Positions 58,125 through 64,000 of a stretch of DNA of 64,000 nt are shown piece after piece. Positions within the stretch are counted from its first letter, which is position 1. Each line of letters opens with the position of its first letter. Both the position numbers and the translations under genes were made by a program. The notes under the pieces were generated by a model, which did not search any database, was not told the DNA's origin, and saw nothing but the letters and a program-made list of their open reading frames with translations. Source of the stretch: Candidatus Deferrimicrobiaceae bacterium (GTDB lineage: Bacteria > Desulfobacterota > Deferrimicrobia > Deferrimicrobiales > Deferrimicrobiaceae); the NCBI GenBank assembly GCA_963792415.1, contig CAWBVY010000004.1:160001-224000 (forward strand), read 5' to 3'.

Positions 58125-59027
58125 ATGCCTACGAAGAACATTCCGCGGTTCGATCTGCGCAGGCTGTTCGGTCTTCCCCTCCTCTCGGCGGGAAAGGGGC
58201 CGGGTGCGCCCGCGCCCCTCGACAGCGAGCTCCTCTTCGACCTGACCGGGGAGAATCCGGAGAACCGGCTCTTCGGCCGTTACGGTCCCGAGGAGCTCCG
58301 GGACCGCCTCGTCGCATCGGGACTGCTGGCCGGCCTCTCGGAGCGGGGGTATACGGACCCGCTCCTTCGCCTCTCGTGCGCCGATCCCTCCGACCAGCGG
58401 ATCTGCCTGTACGCCGGGGAGGAGGCCCGTGAGCGGCTCCTCCTCGAAACGCGCCTGCAACTGGCCCCCTTCCACCCGCGCCGACCCATCGGACCCTTCA
58501 CGGAGGAGTCCTCCTTCCGGATGCTCGTGATCCACTGGCTCGTCCTCTCTTCCCCCGACGGGACGTTCACCGTCGACCGGCCGCGCCTTCCGGGGCAGGA
58601 GAAGCCCGGGCTGGGACTGCTGAACCCGACGATCGCGCTGCTCAAAGCCCTCTCCCGGGAACTGTCCGTCGACGGCGTGCTCGATGTCCCGGACCATTTC
58701 CACACGGCACTTTTCTACTCCCGCGCATTCCGCTATCTCGACCCGGAGGCGGAGGGGCGGTTCCTGGCGATCGCACGCGACCTTTCCGGCATCCCGCTGA
58801 CGCTGGCCTCCGACGCGATCCGGGAAGGGTGCCTCGTCGAACGGACGACCGGGGCCTCGATCTCCTGGCCCGCCGCGGAGCAGGTGCTGGCGCTGCGCGG
58901 ACCGCTGGCCCGTTTCCTTCGGTCCCCTTCGTATCGCGAGGCCAGAAACCGGGCGTTGGCAGATCATCGGTTCGTTGTCAACTGGGATCTTTACCGGGAG
59001 AACCTCGCCCACCGGGACCGCCCGTAA
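58125..59027 (+). CDS. Conserved-looking hypothetical protein between rpmH and dnaA
   Basis: 300-aa ORF with host-like codon usage; IHWLVL, FTVDRPRLPGQEKPGLGLL and DGVLDVPDHFHTALFY motifs. Confidence 0.75.
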   Translation: MPTKNIPRFDLRRLFGLPLLSAGKGPGAPAPLDSELLFDLTGENPENRLFGRYGPEELRDRLVASGLLAGLSERGYTDPLLRLSCADPSDQRICLYAGEEARERLLLETRLQLAPFHPRRPIGPFTEESSFRMLVIHWLVLSSPDGTFTVDRPRLPGQEKPGLGLLNPTIALLKALSRELSVDGVLDVPDHFHTALFYSRAFRYLDPEAEGRFLAIARDLSGIPLTLASDAIREGCLVERTTGASISWPAAEQVLALRGPLARFLRSPSYREARNRALADHRFVVNWDLYRENLAHRDRP

Positions 59028-59191
59028 AAATATCCTTGCGTCCCGTTTTTCGCGTGTGGTACCCTCCATCCCTCATCTGCTTCCTTCCTGTCGTACGGAG
59101 GCGGAAACGGATCCGGCCCTCTCGCGGGAATACCGGTGAGAAAACCAAAGAAATCGTCACCTAAGGTGCTGAAATTCAAGGGAAATAAAGG

Positions 59192-59211
59192 TTATCCACA
59201 CCTGTGGAAAA
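59192..59211. promoter_or_regulatory. DnaA boxes upstream of dnaA
   Basis: Perfect TTATCCACA (59192..59200) and inverted TGTGGAAAA (59203..59211). Confidence 0.8.
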
Positions 59212-59316
59212 ACATGTTGGCAACTATTTCGCCTTCTCCCCCGCATTCCGGCCGGAAAATGAACGTATTTTCGATACTTTCCCCATCATGACCCGCATGC
59301 GCCCGGAGCCTGCCGC

Positions 59317-60663
59317 GTGACCGCGAAGGCATGGGAAAGGGTTCTCGCCCAGCTGCGCGGCGAGGTGAGCGAGCAGGTGTTCGAGACGTGGCTGCGCCCC
59401 CTGCGCTTCGTCGCGCGTGAAGGCCCGATTCTCTTCGTCGCCACCCCTCACAAGTTCTTCAAGGAGTGGATCGAGGAGAACCATCTCGCCCGGATCGAGG
59501 AAATCTCCAGGAAGGAGCTTGCGGAGGAGGTCACCGTCGAGATCCTGGTCGGGAACGAGGAGGAGGACCCTCTTTCCCCGGCGGTCGTGTCGTCCAGACT
59601 GCTGCAACTCCCCGAGGAAACCGTCACGCGCGCCCGCTCGGTGTTCGGTCCCCTGAACAACCGGTACACGTTCGACCGGTTCGTCGTCGGTACCGGAAAC
59701 CAGTTCGCGCACGCGGCCTCCGTCGCGGTGGCCAACGACCCGGGAAACAGCTACAACCCCCTCTTCGTCTATGGGGGCGTCGGTCTGGGGAAGACGCACC
59801 TTCTGCACGCCATCGGAAACGCGGCGCTGGAAAAGTCCCCTCGACTCAAGGTGTGCTACATCCCCGCCGAGAAGTTCACCAACGACCTCATCGCCTCCCT
59901 GCGCTCCGGCAAGATGTCCGACTTCAAGGAGCGATACCGGAACGTCGACCTGCTGCTGATGGATGACGTGCAGTTCATCGCGGGGAAGCGAAGCACCCAG
60001 GAGGAGTTCTTCCACACCTTCAACGAGCTGTACTCCTCCCGCCGTCAGGTCGTGGTGTCCAGCGACAAGTTTCCGAAGGAGATCCCCGACCTCGAGGAGA
60101 GGATCCAGTCGCGCTTCGAGTGGGGTCTTGTCGCCGACATCCAGGCGCCCGACATCGAGACGCGTGTGGCGATCCTCAACCGGAAGGCGGAGGCGGAACA
60201 GATTCTTCTTCCGGAAGACGTGGCGCTGTATCTGGCGACCATGGTGAAAAACAACATCCGCGAGCTCGAAGGGTGTCTCATCCGGATCGGGGCCCACGCA
60301 TCGCTTACCCGCAGGGAGATCAACCTCGAACTGGCGAAAACGATCCTCGCACCGATCCTTGGCAACAGCGGCCGGGAGGTTTCCCCCGATCACATCCAGA
60401 AATCGGTCGCGGAGCATTACGGCGTGAAGGTCTCCGAGCTTCGGTCCGACCGGAAGCACAAGGTGATCGCGATGCCGCGCCAGGTGGCGATGTTCCTGAT
60501 GCGCGAGATGACGCGCTGCTCTTTTCCCGACATCGGGAAGCAGTTCGGGGGACGGGATCACACCACGGCGATGTACGCCGTAAAAAAAATTGAGAAGAAA
60601 CTCGCAGACGATGTATCTTTAAGGAACACGCTGGACATCCTCCGGAAGAAAATCGAGGGATAA
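59317..60663 (+). CDS. dnaA: Chromosomal replication initiator
   Basis: YNPLFVYGGVGLGKTHL, DDVQF, QEEFFHTFN, SRFEWGL and GGRDHTT motifs. Confidence 0.98.
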   Translation: MTAKAWERVLAQLRGEVSEQVFETWLRPLRFVAREGPILFVATPHKFFKEWIEENHLARIEEISRKELAEEVTVEILVGNEEEDPLSPAVVSSRLLQLPEETVTRARSVFGPLNNRYTFDRFVVGTGNQFAHAASVAVANDPGNSYNPLFVYGGVGLGKTHLLHAIGNAALEKSPRLKVCYIPAEKFTNDLIASLRSGKMSDFKERYRNVDLLLMDDVQFIAGKRSTQEEFFHTFNELYSSRRQVVVSSDKFPKEIPDLEERIQSRFEWGLVADIQAPDIETRVAILNRKAEAEQILLPEDVALYLATMVKNNIRELEGCLIRIGAHASLTRREINLELAKTILAPILGNSGREVSPDHIQKSVAEHYGVKVSELRSDRKHKVIAMPRQVAMFLMREMTRCSFPDIGKQFGGRDHTTAMYAVKKIEKKLADDVSLRNTLDILRKKIEG

Positions 60664-60848
60664 CCTGTGGAGAAAAAGAATGGTGCCCCGCTGTCCACAG
60701 ACCGTGTCTTCCCGGGGCGATGTTGCGCACAGATTCCCACACAGCCCCGTCCCGGGATGCGCGGCGTCCCCGCCGGCTTCTCCACAGAGTGCACACTCCC
60801 TGCTACGACTGCGGTCTTTTCAATTCTTACTACAGGAAGAGGCAGACG
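60664..60848. other. Probable oriC segment (dnaA-dnaN intergenic DnaA-box cluster)
   Basis: Degenerate boxes TGTGGAGAA, CTGTCCACA, TTGCGCACA, ATTCCCACA and TTCTCCACA, followed by an AT-richer stretch with TAC repeats. Confidence 0.7.
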
Positions 60849-61973
60849 ATGAACTTTACTGTGGACAGAGATCTGCTCATCGACGTGCTCACCGGAATCC
60901 AGGGTGTCGCGGAGCGACGACACACGATGCCCGTACTCTCCCACGCGTTGCTGACCATCGGCGGCGGAAACCTGACGGTGGTGTCGTCGGACCTTGAGAT
61001 CGTGGTCCGCTGTCTGCAGCCGATCGCCGCGGGCGAACCCGGGTCGATCGCCCTCCCGGCCCGCAAACTGCTCGACATCGCCAAGGTGCTTCCGAAGGAA
61101 TCCACGGTGAGCGTCGCCGGGAAAGAGGGGAACTACGTCGAGATCTCCTCGGGCCGGTCCCATTTCCGCCTTGCGGGATTGCCTTCACAGGAATTCCCCG
61201 AGATGCCGGAAAAGCCGTCGGGGAAAACGGTATCGATCGACGGAGACACCTTCCGGAGGCTTTCCGAGCGCGTGGTGCCGTTCGCCTCCTCCGACGAAAC
61301 GCGGTACAACCTCGCCGGGATCCTGCTCGAGCGGGCCGAAACGGAGTCGGGGTCGATGCTGCGGATGGTTGCCACGGACGGTCACCGGCTGGCGATGGCC
61401 GACGGCGAGGTCGGAAACGTCGGGGAACTTCTCGCGTCGCGAAAGATCCTCGTTCCCAAGAAGGGGATACAGGAGATCCGCAAGCTCGCGGAGAGCGGGC
61501 CCGGCTCCATCGAACTGTCCGCGTCGGAGAAGTTCCTGTTCGCCGCGAAGGGGGATACGGAGGTCTGGGTACGGCTGCTCGACGCCGATTTCCCGGACTA
61601 CCGGCAGGTCGTGCCGAAGGAGAACCAGCTGACGGCCACGGTGGCCCGCGATGCCTTCGCCGAAGTGCTGCGCCGCGTCGCCGTCATGGCGCCCGACAAG
61701 GTGCACAGCGTGAGGCTCTCCTTTTCGGGGAAGCAACTGGAAGTCTCGTCGACCAGCCCGGATCAGGGGGAAGCCAGGGACCTTCTGGAATCGGAGTACG
61801 AAGGTCCCGCGATGAAGATCGGGTTCAACGGAAGGTATCTGCAGGATGCGGTCTCGGGGGTTTCGGAGGAGAAGATGGTTCTGCAACTGAAGGACGAGGT
61901 CTCGCAGGTGATCCTTCGTCCGGAGAAAGAGAGCAACTACCTGGCGATCGTGATGCCGATGAGGATCTATTAA
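60849..61973 (+). CDS. dnaN: DNA polymerase III beta sliding clamp
   Basis: MPVLS, SDLE, VATDGHRLA, FPDY, IGFNGRYL and VMPMR motifs. Confidence 0.97.
   Translation: MNFTVDRDLLIDVLTGIQGVAERRHTMPVLSHALLTIGGGNLTVVSSDLEIVVRCLQPIAAGEPGSIALPARKLLDIAKVLPKESTVSVAGKEGNYVEISSGRSHFRLAGLPSQEFPEMPEKPSGKTVSIDGDTFRRLSERVVPFASSDETRYNLAGILLERAETESGSMLRMVATDGHRLAMADGEVGNVGELLASRKILVPKKGIQEIRKLAESGPGSIELSASEKFLFAAKGDTEVWVRLLDADFPDYRQVVPKENQLTATVARDAFAEVLRRVAVMAPDKVHSVRLSFSGKQLEVSSTSPDQGEARDLLESEYEGPAMKIGFNGRYLQDAVSGVSEEKMVLQLKDEVSQVILRPEKESNYLAIVMPMRIY

Positions 61974-64000
<2,027 letters not shown>

Overview
High-GC bacterial chromosome segment next to the replication origin. The split atp operon with two b subunits and the gene set suggest a deltaproteobacterial-type lineage (Desulfobacterota/MBNT15-like; this is inference). 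Left arm (1-19 kb): glnE, mtnA, pncB, pncA, gatCAB, an RlmL-like methyltransferase, an MFS transporter, an orphan ChlD/ChlI-like AAA+ chelatase pair sharing a ~716-bp near-identical repeat, an ECF sigma/anti-sigma pair and uvrD/pcrA. Right arm (39.4-64 kb): glmS, glmU, the atp operon without atpB/atpE, parAB with two parS sites, rsmG, mnmG, mnmE, yidC, yidD, rnpA, rpmH, dnaA/oriC, dnaN and gyrB. The middle (19-39 kb) is an accessory redox and metal(loid) region that the ORF track breaks into fragments. Reading through in-frame UGA codons gives four selenoproteins with five Sec codons, each followed 12-17 nt later by an 8-bp hairpin with a G-initiated triloop (SECIS-like). They are ArsS, a UxxC peroxiredoxin-like protein, a cysteine-free Sec-AhpC, and an exported two-selenocysteine protein that fuses an HMA-like Sec domain to a Sec-MsrA. 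The region also carries the mercury-methylation cluster hgcC-hgcA-hgcB (cap-helix variant NVWCAAGE), exported MsrB and Cys-MsrA, and four copies of a TGTAAG-N16-CGAC promoter motif that probably defines the regulon of the local ECF sigma/zinc anti-sigma pair. All family assignments come from motif recognition by eye; no database search was run.
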